A DNA stretch of 64,000 nt from a virus, in the IMG/VR virus record IMGVR_UViG_3300037459_000226, positions 1 to 64,000 of that record; one strand, written 5' to 3'. The translations under genes and the position numbers were made by a program. Under the pieces are notes generated by a model that saw nothing but the letters and a program-made list of their open reading frames with translations, was not told where the DNA came from and made no database searches. Below are positions 25,581 through 35,310 of the stretch, piece by piece (position 1 is the stretch's first letter; each line of letters begins with the position of its first letter).

Positions 25581-28500
25581 CACGAAGCCCTTGTGATGGA
25601 CGTCGGGGTCACGGCGTCATCCAGGGTGAACGTCATCAGGCTGGTCGAGCCGTCAACTTTCTTCACCGTTACGGTCGTGCTGCTGACGGCCCGTTCGAAC
25701 AGGAACTGGGTGATCATGTACATCGCCTGTCGCATAGTCGGGATTGATCCGTCGGCGACCACAGAGTCCGCCATCGTGGTGTCCAGCGCTCCGTCCACCT
25801 CGACGTTGATCTCAGCCTTCATTCCTGTGCTCATCCCGCCGAGATCGCTCAAACCGGCGCCATTGGCGCCGATGCGTGGGAAGCTGTCACCTGTCTGGGC
25901 CGTGTGACCGGTGAGTGTCGTGACCGTCGCGACCAACGTGACGTTCGCGACCGCGTCCGCCGCCGGATCAAAGTAATTTGCCGACACGATCGTGCGAGCA
26001 TTGAACTCCGCAACTGTCGGGATGTCAGCAATCGCAGCCGTGTGATCGGCCGTCTGGGCAGTGTGGCCGGTCAGTGTCGTGACCGTCGCGACCAGCGCCA
26101 CCGTGTCGGCTGCCGGATCGAAGTAAGCCGTCGCCAGTATCGTGCGGGCCACCATTTCGGCATTCGTTGGCCCATCGTAATCGCTGAGAGCCGTATCGGC
26201 TTCGGCATTCACCTCCGCCTTCATGCCGGTGCTCATACCGCCAAGATCGCTCAGGCCAGCGCCGGCAGTGCCGATTTCGGCCGTGTCTGTGAGGGTCGAA
26301 CTGACGTCGTTCTCGATGTCCGACTTGTTCTCGGTGACGTTCCCGCCGGCGTCCGTGTACTGGAACTCGCCGTCGTGGTCGATCGTGCCGCCCGTGCAGG
26401 TCGCAGTCGTGATCTGGCCGCGGCCCGTGATGAACGACACGTCTCCGGTGGCCATGTTGGTCGGGGCGATTTTACCGTCAAAGCTCAGTAGATTAACGGT
26501 CGTCGCGCCGAGTGCTCCGAAGTTCAGCGTGATAGAGCCAGCCACTTCAGTGAAGCATTGATGGAACGTAAAGTTCCCGGCCTGCCCCACGGTGAACGTG
26601 CCTTCCAGGCCACACCGTTCAAAGTGGCCGTCATTATCCAGCGTTACGGCCCCCAGGGCGCACTCCTCAAACTCATACTTGCCGGTGGCAGTCGCGATGC
26701 CACTGACGTCCGCACCGGAGATGAACGCCCCTGTGATATCTTGGCCGCCCAGTGCCAACGTCCAGTTGTTCCCGAAATACGATTCGTCGACGGTGGAAGC
26801 GACCAGCGTGATCGAGGACCCATTGACGATGTGGAAGTCGCTCAGGCCCAATGATGCGGCAAGCGTCTTCGCATCAGCGAGGGAATCTACCGGGTGATCG
26901 GCCACGCCGTTTTCGTGGTCTTGCGTCCCCGCCACACCGTTGACCGTGTCGATGTAGACGCGTCCGTTTTGGTAGCCCGCCGATACGGTGATGTCGAGGT
27001 TTATCGTCTGGCCTGTTCCACTGTCGGTCAGTTCCCACGCACCACGCCGATTGACCGTACCGCCGATGCAGTTCGAGCTCGTGACTAGCCTCCCATTGCC
27101 ATCCAGGTGCAGGATGTCCGTCCCGCTTTGCCCCATATTCTGGAGCTCGACGCCTCCCGCGTAGTGGTGTAGGTGCAGGGTCGTGTTCAGCACCGCTCCG
27201 CCAAAGTCAAAGATGGCCGGAGAAACTGCGTGGTGGTAGCACTGATCAGCGTGAAGTGTTCCAGCCGGCAGGGTGACTGTTCCGTTAATCCCGCAAAAGA
27301 GCATGTGGCAGTCGTCGCCCACCGTGACGGCACCGATTTCGCAACCGAGGAAAGTCGTCCCAGATCCCGTGCAGATACCCGAGACGGCAGCACCCGACAC
27401 AAGCGTCGCAGCCATGCTCACGCCGCCGAGCGCCAGCGTCCAATTGTCACCAAAGTATGAATGATTGTCAGAATTCGCCGTCAGGGTGATGCTTGACCCG
27501 TTGACCAGTTGAAAGTCTGTCACGCCAAGCGAGGCGGACAGCGTCAGTGCATCGGCAAGAGTCAGGACGGCGTTGTCCCCCGTACCGTTCACGTGCGGCT
27601 CGGTCCCTGCCGTTCCGTTGACCGTGTCGATCCAGATGCGGCCCAACGCATAGCCGATCGTCTGCCCGATATTCACGGCCTCCACATTCAGGAGTTTGAC
27701 AGACAGGTCAGAGGGGGTGGTGGATGCGGTGGCGAATCGAAGGTAGACGTTGCCGAGTTCCGACCCCGTGCCCGTGTGCTTTTGGAACAGGGCGGGCGTA
27801 CCCGAGATGGTCGCAGTGCCGCCGGTGCCTTCGAGGACCGCAACGGTCTCCCAATCAGCACCAACGTGGTCCCACGCCTGGAGGACCATCTCGTCGTTGT
27901 TGCCGTCGATGTTGACCTTGAAGACGCAGTTGACCGCTTGCCTCGCACCACCGACGACAAACCCGTAGACGTGGTCGATGACGTCCGTGGTGTCCGTGAA
28001 GTCATGGGACGACCCTGCGTCGTTCTCGACGTCAGCGAATGTACCGGAAACGGTCGCCCACACTTTTGTCGTGCTGCCGGGGTCGATCGCCCCGCTCGTG
28101 TTGTCACTCGACGGCGCGAACGAGAGGGCACCACCAGACGCTGCACCGATGTTGTCCACCTGTTGGCTCACGGCTGCAATGTCGGCGCTCACAGAAGCTG
28201 CCGCCGGAGCGCCCAATCTCGCGAAGTTGTCGCCTGTCTGGACGGTATGGCCGGTAAGGGTCGTGACAGTGTCGCAAAGTTGAATGTCGGTCCCGCTGAG
28301 ATCGTTCGCCGTCGCCTTATTCTCAATGTTGCCCCAGTCGATCCCGGCGGCCCCAGTTGCGGTGACGTCCAGCTTGCGGCCGGCAGTGGTCGACTGGAGT
28401 GGTCCGGCAGCGGAGGCCCCGAACATCGCGTCGTAGACGGCTTCCTCGACGACCTGATACTCGTGCCGCACCGGCAGGCTGACAGCGCTCCCCACAACCG

Positions 28501-28732
28501 TCAGGACGAGAGTCCCTACCGTGCCGGTGTCGGTCGCGTCCAACTCGCAGTTGTAGTAGCCGTCCGCATCGCTGACCGGCACCGTGACATCACTCTTGGC
28601 CCCGAGCGCCTGCCCGTTCTTCGACAGCTTGACCGCAGGACTGACGCCCGTTTCGGCAGTCCACCCGTCGTCGCTATCGACGAACGGTCCAATGAGCACG
28701 TCATCGGCTGTAGATTGCCGCAGGTAGTGCAT
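25580..28732 (-). CDS. Large T/G/A/D-rich virion protein (fibre/adhesin-like) with internal duplications
   Basis: 1050 aa; N-terminal LRQST..V.IGPFVD..DG.TAETG; duplicated IDTVNG..NWTLALGG blocks; beta-helix-like runs. Confidence 0.75.
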   Translation of the reverse strand: MHYLRQSTADDVLIGPFVDSDDGWTAETGVSPAVKLSKNGQALGAKSDVTVPVSDADGYYNCELDATDTGTVGTLVLTVVGSAVSLPVRHEYQVVEEAVYDAMFGASAAGPLQSTTAGRKLDVTATGAAGIDWGNIENKATANDLSGTDIQLCDTVTTLTGHTVQTGDNFARLGAPAAASVSADIAAVSQQVDNIGAASGGALSFAPSSDNTSGAIDPGSTTKVWATVSGTFADVENDAGSSHDFTDTTDVIDHVYGFVVGGARQAVNCVFKVNIDGNNDEMVLQAWDHVGADWETVAVLEGTGGTATISGTPALFQKHTGTGSELGNVYLRFATASTTPSDLSVKLLNVEAVNIGQTIGYALGRIWIDTVNGTAGTEPHVNGTGDNAVLTLADALTLSASLGVTDFQLVNGSSITLTANSDNHSYFGDNWTLALGGVSMAATLVSGAAVSGICTGSGTTFLGCEIGAVTVGDDCHMLFCGINGTVTLPAGTLHADQCYHHAVSPAIFDFGGAVLNTTLHLHHYAGGVELQNMGQSGTDILHLDGNGRLVTSSNCIGGTVNRRGAWELTDSGTGQTINLDITVSAGYQNGRVYIDTVNGVAGTQDHENGVADHPVDSLADAKTLAASLGLSDFHIVNGSSITLVASTVDESYFGNNWTLALGGQDITGAFISGADVSGIATATGKYEFEECALGAVTLDNDGHFERCGLEGTFTVGQAGNFTFHQCFTEVAGSITLNFGALGATTVNLLSFDGKIAPTNMATGDVSFITGRGQITTATCTGGTIDHDGEFQYTDAGGNVTENKSDIENDVSSTLTDTAEIGTAGAGLSDLGGMSTGMKAEVNAEADTALSDYDGPTNAEMVARTILATAYFDPAADTVALVATVTTLTGHTAQTADHTAAIADIPTVAEFNARTIVSANYFDPAADAVANVTLVATVTTLTGHTAQTGDSFPRIGANGAGLSDLGGMSTGMKAEINVEVDGALDTTMADSVVADGSIPTMRQAMYMITQFLFERAVSSTTVTVKKVDGSTSLMTFTLDDAVTPTSITRAS

Positions 28733-28735
28733 CTG

Positions 28736-29347
28736 TCATCCCGCCATGTTATGAAATCTGTGATGGTAACTCAGCGGCGGAACTCCTCCAGCGTCGGCGA
28801 CTAAAATATTGAAGTTGTCGAAGAAACCGGCAACTGTCTCCGAAATGACAAATACACGCATGCCGTGAATTGTCTTGGTGTTAAACAACGAGGACGTAAA
28901 ACTTAACGATGCTCCGGTGACGGTTTCTGAACTAACAATTGAGTCGCCATTTACCGTAGAAGTGAAAGCTACGGTGTCGCCTGGTGCCCACGACTGACTG
29001 GCGTCTGTGTCGCGGGTTGTGACTCCGGTGTCAATTTCCTGCAATATCATAAGGTCGGACGTGGTGTTCATGGTGGCCTGCCAGAAGTGGGACGAATCCT
29101 GCCAGCGAAGCACGTGTCCCATTCCCGCCTCTGTACCACTGTGAAGTGTGCCGTCGTTTGTTACAACCGCGTCGGCAAGGCCAGAGTCGATAAAGCAGCG
29201 CCCATCACCTTCACATACATCAGTCGATGCAATAACCGTGAACGAGCCAGACTGCACCGTCCAGCCGCCGCCAACGGTATCGACGTCGGGCGTGTGTGAC
29301 GCGAGCGCCGTATCTGACGCCTCTGTGAACGTGTCGGTGACGGACAT
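28736..29347 (-). CDS. Beta-rich virion-associated protein (lectin/ConA-like)
   Basis: DTFT..DT.L.SHTPD...GGW; FDNF near the C-terminus. Confidence 0.6.
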   Translation of the reverse strand: MSVTDTFTEASDTALASHTPDVDTVGGGWTVQSGSFTVIASTDVCEGDGRCFIDSGLADAVVTNDGTLHSGTEAGMGHVLRWQDSSHFWQATMNTTSDLMILQEIDTGVTTRDTDASQSWAPGDTVAFTSTVNGDSIVSSETVTGASLSFTSSLFNTKTIHGMRVFVISETVAGFFDNFNILVADAGGVPPLSYHHRFHNMAG

Positions 29348-29350
29348 GAT

Positions 29351-29857
29351 TCAATTATCGCTCCGCTGTCGCTCCGCAAACTTCCGCACGACTCGTTCAC
29401 CGAATTCCTTTTCAAACCTCCCGTCCGCATCACCGCCCAGGCTGTCCGCGTCGTCAACTGTCGCCCCGTGGCTGCGGAGGTATGACTTGAAATCACGGAC
29501 GCGCTGTGCGTTCATTGCCCGGTCGTCAGGCGGGCCGTCGATCCCGTGTGACCAGATCGTGAACGCCCGGCCGTCGGCCTCGACCAATTGTTCCATCGCC
29601 GCATCGCAGTGGAGCAAGCAGGAACAAACGGTGACGCGGTCGGCCGGATTCCCACGGACGTTGCGAACCCGGAACGGGCGGTTGCGCCTGTCGCCGTCGC
29701 GGTACTGGACAAGGATACCAAGTGCACCACTCTCGTTGACAAAACGGCTTTCCGGTGGCGTTCCCATCGTATCGAATAGTTCGATTTCCGAAGCGGACAA
29801 TTCGGTTCGCTTGGTCCAAGGAATCAGGATTAAGCATCGGCGGTTCATATTGATCAT
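29351..29857 (-). CDS. Hypothetical protein
   Basis: Fills the gap in a minus-strand operon. Confidence 0.55.
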   Translation of the reverse strand: MINMNRRCLILIPWTKRTELSASEIELFDTMGTPPESRFVNESGALGILVQYRDGDRRNRPFRVRNVRGNPADRVTVCSCLLHCDAAMEQLVEADGRAFTIWSHGIDGPPDDRAMNAQRVRDFKSYLRSHGATVDDADSLGGDADGRFEKEFGERVVRKFAERQRSDN

Positions 29858-29882
29858 CAGCCGTGGCTACTCGACTGTCTGG

Positions 29883-31196
29883 TTATTTGTCAGGCGTGGC
29901 CGTGTCATCGTCCTTGCGCCTGAGCCTGCTCGTCAGTGGCCCGCGCAGCATCCCGGCGACCAAAACCAACGCGCTGGCCGGTATACCAACCTTGGCCGCA
30001 ACCACGGCTAGTCCCGCTTCTGCGCCCTTCACTGCTACCGCCTTGCCGATGGACCGGATGGAAGGGTGGCTGTCGACCTCGTCGCTGACTTGGCCTGTTA
30101 CGAAATCCTCAAGGTGATCCCTCGTCTCTCTTCCAGCGGATTTGAGGCGAGCATCAACGGGACCGTCTGCCGCGAGAAAGTTCTTCCCGAACGTCACCAG
30201 TTCACCCACGATAAACGGCTTCGCCACCGCAACCACGCGGCCCGGCAGGCTGGCTTTCGATTCGGCAACATCCGCTTTTGTCTCTTCGGTGATCTGCCGG
30301 TAGCGCTCGAGTTGTTCCTCTGTCGCGTACTGGGCGAGGTCTTGCAGCTTGACGTAGCCGAGTGCCCGCATCTGTGAGTCCAAGCCAGCACCTGATACCG
30401 ACGCCATCTGCTGGGGTTGCTGTTGGGGATACCGTTGACGCGGCGCAACATTCAAGATTCCAAGCGTCAAGCCCTGCGCCTGTGTCTTTGGCGGGACGCG
30501 TTCGCACCACCCGTTCTGGCAGTTGAGCTGTGCTGCCTGTTCCCGCCAGCCAGATTCGGCTATGCGGATGCTCATTGCAAAACCGATGTTGGCCTGTGGT
30601 GCAGTGTCAATCGTTGTCCACGCCAGTAGGCCGCACGCTTCGTACCCTTCGCCGCGGTCCACAAGAATCGCCGATCCGCTACGGCCGTTGGCGGGGGCAG
30701 GCGTAAACGTCAACTCCCCATCTTTGCCCATGTTGATGATCCGCCCCTTAAACGCTGTCGGCGGCGGCTTCATATTGCGAAAGCCGACTGAAATCATGTC
30801 GACTCCCCTGCCGACTAAGGGAGACGTCAATCCAACGAACGGAATCACGGGAATCGACCGCGATGGCTTGCGGAACTCGACGACCGCAGCATCAAACGTA
30901 GGCGTCTCCCTCTTCCACAGCACCACACCCTCGACCCTCCGCTGTGGCTGTCCGCCGGGGAAGAACTGCAGGCTGACACGCGCATTTTTCTGGACGACGT
31001 GCCCGTTCGTGAGGACGCGGTAGTGCGTGTCGGTTTCCTCGAAGACGAACCCGGTGCCTCCGTGGCCGTGGGCGACGTCGGTCAACTGTTCGATGTAGCA
31101 GGTCGCGTCCCGGGCCTCCTCTAGAGTGACACCGGCATCGCACCAGCCGGACAGCAGCCCGACGACCATGATTGCAGCAGCGATTGTGTGTTTCAT
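29883..31196 (-). CDS. Secreted trypsin-like serine protease with helical/hydrophobic C-terminus
   Basis: Signal peptide; triad motifs LTNGHVV, FDAAVV, GRSGSA. Confidence 0.85.
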   Translation of the reverse strand: MKHTIAAAIMVVGLLSGWCDAGVTLEEARDATCYIEQLTDVAHGHGGTGFVFEETDTHYRVLTNGHVVQKNARVSLQFFPGGQPQRRVEGVVLWKRETPTFDAAVVEFRKPSRSIPVIPFVGLTSPLVGRGVDMISVGFRNMKPPPTAFKGRIINMGKDGELTFTPAPANGRSGSAILVDRGEGYEACGLLAWTTIDTAPQANIGFAMSIRIAESGWREQAAQLNCQNGWCERVPPKTQAQGLTLGILNVAPRQRYPQQQPQQMASVSGAGLDSQMRALGYVKLQDLAQYATEEQLERYRQITEETKADVAESKASLPGRVVAVAKPFIVGELVTFGKNFLAADGPVDARLKSAGRETRDHLEDFVTGQVSDEVDSHPSIRSIGKAVAVKGAEAGLAVVAAKVGIPASALVLVAGMLRGPLTSRLRRKDDDTATPDK

Positions 31197-31255
31197 TTCA
31201 GCGTCTCCGTTTCATGTTTCTTGTTCCATTTGGCCTATCGACATTTCTCGTCATC

Positions 31256-31855
31256 CTACGGGTTGACCATCGCGTATGCCACCTCAAGACACTTATCGTG
31301 CCATTCCGACTGGTTGTCCATCTCGCTGTGCTTGGCGTTCAATTTCACCGGCGTCTGCATGATGGTGAACCGCGACGTTCGCTTCAGTTTGTGGCCGCGT
31401 GGCATGTTCTTTGTCTGGTAAAACTTCCAGACCTCGTCGACGTTCGACGGTATCCAGATGGGCCTCCACGGCATGAACGCTCGCCACTTCATGAACCCGT
31501 GGTGAAGGACCGGGTCGCACAACACCGCCGACTTGACGTCGATCCCGAGCCGTTGCAGCGACTTCGCGAGTTGTACGAAACCGAAGCCGCAGCCCCAAGA
31601 GTATCCGAAGATCGCTACATTCGGCGGCGGTCCCTTGCGCCCAAGCCGATAGACGAACTCGGCAGTGTGGTCAGTGTTTCCCTTCCACGGTTCCAGCATA
31701 ACGAGAGTCTGTTGGCCGCTGAATTCGTATCTGAGTTTCGCGTAAAGACCCGTGCAACCGCTGCCGGCACTGCCCTTGTGCTGAGTGAAACCCGAGCGCA
31801 CGATCAGCACGTTTGTGACCTGGTGGTCTTTGTTGGTGTGGTCGAACCCAGACAT
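31256..31855 (-). CDS. Small alpha/beta-hydrolase-fold protein
   Basis: Nucleophile elbow IFGYSWG, LCDPV, C-terminal HSEMD. Confidence 0.7.
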   Translation of the reverse strand: MSGFDHTNKDHQVTNVLIVRSGFTQHKGSAGSGCTGLYAKLRYEFSGQQTLVMLEPWKGNTDHTAEFVYRLGRKGPPPNVAIFGYSWGCGFGFVQLAKSLQRLGIDVKSAVLCDPVLHHGFMKWRAFMPWRPIWIPSNVDEVWKFYQTKNMPRGHKLKRTSRFTIMQTPVKLNAKHSEMDNQSEWHDKCLEVAYAMVNP

Positions 31856-32091
31856 CAGTGCCCCTCTACAAAGTGGTTCACCAAGATCGGGGCGATCACG
31901 CTGACAGCCGCGATCGCTGCCATTCCCCACGCCAGCAGCCGCACGACCTTTTTGTCGAGCACGTGAATCTTGCCGTTGACCGCCTCGAACCTCGCGTCGT
32001 CTTCTCCAGCGCGCTCAAGGAGCCTGTCCATCTTGGCGGTCATCGCGCCGCGCCACACGTTCCAGTCGTCGCCGCTGGGTGGATCGCTCAT
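31855..32091 (-). CDS. Coiled-coil plus single-TM protein (holin/XhlA-like)
   Basis: 78 aa; C-terminal TM LLAWGMAAIAAVSVIAPILV. Confidence 0.55.
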   Translation of the reverse strand: MSDPPSGDDWNVWRGAMTAKMDRLLERAGEDDARFEAVNGKIHVLDKKVVRLLAWGMAAIAAVSVIAPILVNHFVEGH

Positions 32092-32132
32092 GTCAGACGA
32101 TTGTGGGGGATGCTGGGCGATCCGTCAACACG

Positions 32133-32642
32133 TCACACAAATCCCTCAATTCGATTGCGGGGAGGTGGCTCGCTGTCGCTCACCTCGGAGCGATCCAGTC
32201 GGTAGCACATCACGTAGGCGTCTTCGGCGGTATCGTCGTAGTGGTGGCGCAAGACGTGGACCGACATGAAGCCATGCTCGCGGAAGAAGAGCTGTGCCGT
32301 CAGGTTCGATTCCCGGACTTCGAGCACAATATCCTTGCGGCGTTGCTGCTGGAGCTTCGTAATCAGCCGGTCGATCATCTGCCGGCCGACGGTCGAGCGC
32401 CGGAACAGTACGCCGACTGCGAAGTTGAGGATCTGGAGCCTGGACTTGTGCAGCTCGTAGATCATGAAGCCGACAATTCGTCCGTCGTGCTCGGCGACCA
32501 TTCCGCTGCAGTTCCGCTGCTTGAGGCAGCAGAGGAAGTCGTCTTCGGTCCAGGAGAACTCGAAGCTTTCGCGTTCGATTTCGAGGACGTCCGGCATGTC
32601 GAGCAGGAGAATCCAGCGGATCTGGACTGTTATTGTGGTCAT
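32133..32642 (-). CDS. rimI: RimI-like GNAT N-acetyltransferase
   Basis: DMPDVLEIERESF..W, IVGFMIYEL, ILNFAV..RR..VG, LEVRESN..AQLFF...GF, EDAYVM. Confidence 0.9.
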   Translation of the reverse strand: MTTITVQIRWILLLDMPDVLEIERESFEFSWTEDDFLCCLKQRNCSGMVAEHDGRIVGFMIYELHKSRLQILNFAVGVLFRRSTVGRQMIDRLITKLQQQRRKDIVLEVRESNLTAQLFFREHGFMSVHVLRHHYDDTAEDAYVMCYRLDRSEVSDSEPPPRNRIEGFV

Positions 32643-32815
32643 TCCAGCTCCCTTTCCTTTTCCACCAATTCTTCCACATCCGACCGAATGTACCGGCGAA
32701 TGAGTTCGCTACTGCTGATCCTCTGCCGGATCGCCTCGTGTTGAATTGCCACGTACTCATGCTGCGGCATCGTGATTGACAACTGTTTCTTTTGTCCGAG
32801 TGGGCTTATGGGCAT
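32639..32815 (-). CDS. Ribbon-helix-helix DNA-binding protein (58 aa, not in ORF track)
   Basis: Hand translation MPISPLGQKKQLSITMPQHEYVAIQHEAIRQRISSSELIRRYI...; ATGA coupling to rimI. Confidence 0.65.
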   Translation of the reverse strand: MPISPLGQKKQLSITMPQHEYVAIQHEAIRQRISSSELIRRYIRSDVEELVEKERELE

Positions 32816-32997
32816 GGGGTGCTCAACCTCTCCACCTTTGGGAACTCCCTGATCTGCAACTTGGTCGGGAATTTGTCGAGGTCATGCTGCACCCGACCGT
32901 TGACGGTCACCTGTTTCACAAAACAGGCCACGCCGGCAGCGCGGCACTGATCCACGATGCTGACTGCCCACTCGTCTTCCATCGGGCCAGCAGGCAT
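32806..32997 (-). pseudogene. C-terminal remnant of a DUF5131 (Gp37/Gp68) protein
   Basis: PM..EWA.SI.DQC.AAGV..FVKQ...L.IREFP only; the N-terminal bulk is missing. Confidence 0.7.
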
Positions 32998-33000
32998 TGA

Positions 33001-33507
33001 TCAACCCTCCCTTGGCAGGGGATCAAATTGCCAAATTATAACTTCGACGCCTACCCTGTCCGAGTAGATTTTGTGTTGCCTCCCCGACACGATCTGTGCG
33101 TCGTCGTAGTAGATCACCTTTGTCAGCGCGTCCTCAACACCTCTCGCAAATTTCAGGGCATCAGGCGCCATCGTGGGGTAGTCTGGGGCCGCTTTTGTCA
33201 AGAGGTGCGAGGTCGACCGGCCGCTTCGGTAGTGAGACTTCGGACGAATTGCATGAAACACCATCTCGACCACCACCGCTCCGGTGACGAGGTCCTTTCC
33301 GCCCCACACCTTTCTCGCCACGGCTTTCACTTGTTTCTTCCACGCATCAACTTTCTTGTTCGCATCGACGACCGACACCCCGATCTTTCCCATGTTCCTA
33401 TCACAACTCGGGCAGCGATCGCCGTCCACCCGCAGATACCCAAAGCCGACCTTGCTGCCGGCGGGCTCCGGTTTGGCGTGCACGAAAAACCTTGCGATCT
33501 CTTTCAC
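33001..33507 (-). CDS. rusA: RusA-family Holliday junction resolvase
   Basis: P.PAGSK, RPKSHY, PD..K..R.VEDALT...Y.DDAQIV. Confidence 0.88.
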   Translation of the reverse strand: MKEIARFFVHAKPEPAGSKVGFGYLRVDGDRCPSCDRNMGKIGVSVVDANKKVDAWKKQVKAVARKVWGGKDLVTGAVVVEMVFHAIRPKSHYRSGRSTSHLLTKAAPDYPTMAPDALKFARGVEDALTKVIYYDDAQIVSGRQHKIYSDRVGVEVIIWQFDPLPREG

Positions 33508-33517
33508 GATGCGCTCC

Positions 33518-35296
33518 CTACAACTCTTCCGGAAACAGGAGTTTCTTGTCCGCGAGAACCAATCCGTGCGATGGGTATTCGACAAGACCGATCTTTTTCA
33601 GTAGTCGTATATTTCCGTCGAACGCGCTGGATGCAACGGAGACTTCGGCTGCATCAGCCAAATCCTGTCGCCCAATTTCTCGCGGGTATCTCGCGATCAA
33701 TACGTCGAGCAGCTTAACGTGGGCCGGCTTCAAGGCTGGGCACCGCCTCCATGCCTCATGAAGATCGTCGGTCGTCAACAAGCGATCGGTCGCCCTTGCA
33801 CGCTCGCGACCTGCATCCGTAATCGCAAGAACGCCAGCGTTGGGGTACGACAACAACTCCTCTGCCTTCAGGCATCTGACGTTTCCATCGAAAGCGCTGC
33901 TTTTCGGCGACACTCCAGCGACGGCCGCCACGACGGCTCGCTCTGGTGCCAACACACCCATCGCCTCCAGCGAAGCGAGTGAGTCGAGCAGCTTTTGGTA
34001 CTTCTTATGGAGAGGCTCTCCGTCGTAGGTCGCCTGTGTCGATTGAGTAGCTCGCTGGACGTCCTCCCGGCGGATGACCGACTTCGATCGAAGCGGCGGA
34101 TTCAACACAACCGGTGACGCTGGCGGCTCGGATATCTGAGGCACCGCTTCGCCGTTGGAGGCGCTCTCCTGATGGATCTTGGCGAGACTCGCAGCGAGAT
34201 TGTCGTGAGCCCGGTGCAACGTGGCGATTTGGCCCCTCCAGTGAAGGTTGCTTTTCGCCTCGGCCACGGTGACGGCTCGACTGATGGATTCTTTGTCGGC
34301 AACCGGCACCTGGCCATCACGCTGTTTTTCCAGCTTTGTGATATCCCGCTTCAACGCAGCAACGACTTTCTTGAGTTCCGCCGGGTCGTTGTCCTGATGA
34401 CGTTTAATCGTGTCGGCCATTGAGTCCCGCAGCGCGCCAAGATCCAGGTCGGACCGCTTGGTTGGTTGCCGGCGGCGCTGGCCGGGTTTTGGCGTGGCAG
34501 CAGAATCGAAAGTCGAGCGCCGGCGAATTTGGTAGCGGCCGAAGAGGTCCAGCCAAGCCGGAGACCACACCCATGCCTCACCGTCCTTTAGCTTCGCGAT
34601 GCTGCCGAGAAGCGCCGCCTTCTGTTCGTCAGTCCCGTGGGCGTCGGTCCAAAGTTTAACGGCCTTGATGTCCGTCGCGCCTGTGCAACGGTGGGCGATC
34701 AGCACCTCCAACTGCGTCGGGAGATCCTTGTTGACCTTGGCGGTCCGCTGAACGATCGCCGTGACTCCGAGACCGCTTGATCTGCCACGTAGCGCGATAT
34801 GGCTGATCGCCGCGACCATCTTCGCGTCTTCTGCGCGCACAGTTTGCGGTGCAAACAACTCAGCTTCTTCGAGTATCAGATGCAACGGGTCCTGGTTCTT
34901 GCGGTAGAGTTGCAATGCGAATTCTGTGACAAATCTCTTGATGCCGGACTGGCTGAGATGTTTCACGCTTAAGATCGCGGACATCCCTTCTTTCATCAGC
35001 AGATCCGCGATGAACTTTCCCGAAGTGTCTTCCAGCGGCACGTCGGCTTTATGGCCTCCGAAGATCACCACCTCCAGCCCGGCTTGTTTACCGTCGAACG
35101 ACGATACCGCCCCCCACCAGTTGTCCATCGGGTCGACCACGACCGCAGGCAAGCCCGCCCGTACCAACTCCTCAAACATCACCACGCCGGTGTTCGACTT
35201 CCCACTGCCCCGCTTTCCGAGAATGACGAACGTCTGCGTCACCGTCTCGTGGGGCAGAAACAGTTTCGGCGCCAGCTTTAACCTATTGGCCATCAA
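33518..35296 (-). CDS. HerA/DUF87-like P-loop ATPase with coiled coil and two tandem wHTH repeats
   Basis: GKRGSGKS, VVVDP, LILEEAELFAPQ, RGRSSGLG..QR; SSAFDGN repeated twice. Confidence 0.85.
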   Translation of the reverse strand: MMANRLKLAPKLFLPHETVTQTFVILGKRGSGKSNTGVVMFEELVRAGLPAVVVDPMDNWWGAVSSFDGKQAGLEVVIFGGHKADVPLEDTSGKFIADLLMKEGMSAILSVKHLSQSGIKRFVTEFALQLYRKNQDPLHLILEEAELFAPQTVRAEDAKMVAAISHIALRGRSSGLGVTAIVQRTAKVNKDLPTQLEVLIAHRCTGATDIKAVKLWTDAHGTDEQKAALLGSIAKLKDGEAWVWSPAWLDLFGRYQIRRRSTFDSAATPKPGQRRRQPTKRSDLDLGALRDSMADTIKRHQDNDPAELKKVVAALKRDITKLEKQRDGQVPVADKESISRAVTVAEAKSNLHWRGQIATLHRAHDNLAASLAKIHQESASNGEAVPQISEPPASPVVLNPPLRSKSVIRREDVQRATQSTQATYDGEPLHKKYQKLLDSLASLEAMGVLAPERAVVAAVAGVSPKSSAFDGNVRCLKAEELLSYPNAGVLAITDAGRERARATDRLLTTDDLHEAWRRCPALKPAHVKLLDVLIARYPREIGRQDLADAAEVSVASSAFDGNIRLLKKIGLVEYPSHGLVLADKKLLFPEEL

Positions 35297-35310
35297 TGCC
35301 TCCCAACTGA

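Noticed and set aside
32806-33003. TGA of rusA is in frame with the DUF5131 fragment (possible Sec readthrough)
   Set aside because: A GGAGG RBS overlaps the end of rusA just before ATG 32997, RusA is complete, and I saw no SECIS-like hairpin; better explained as an internally deleted separate gene
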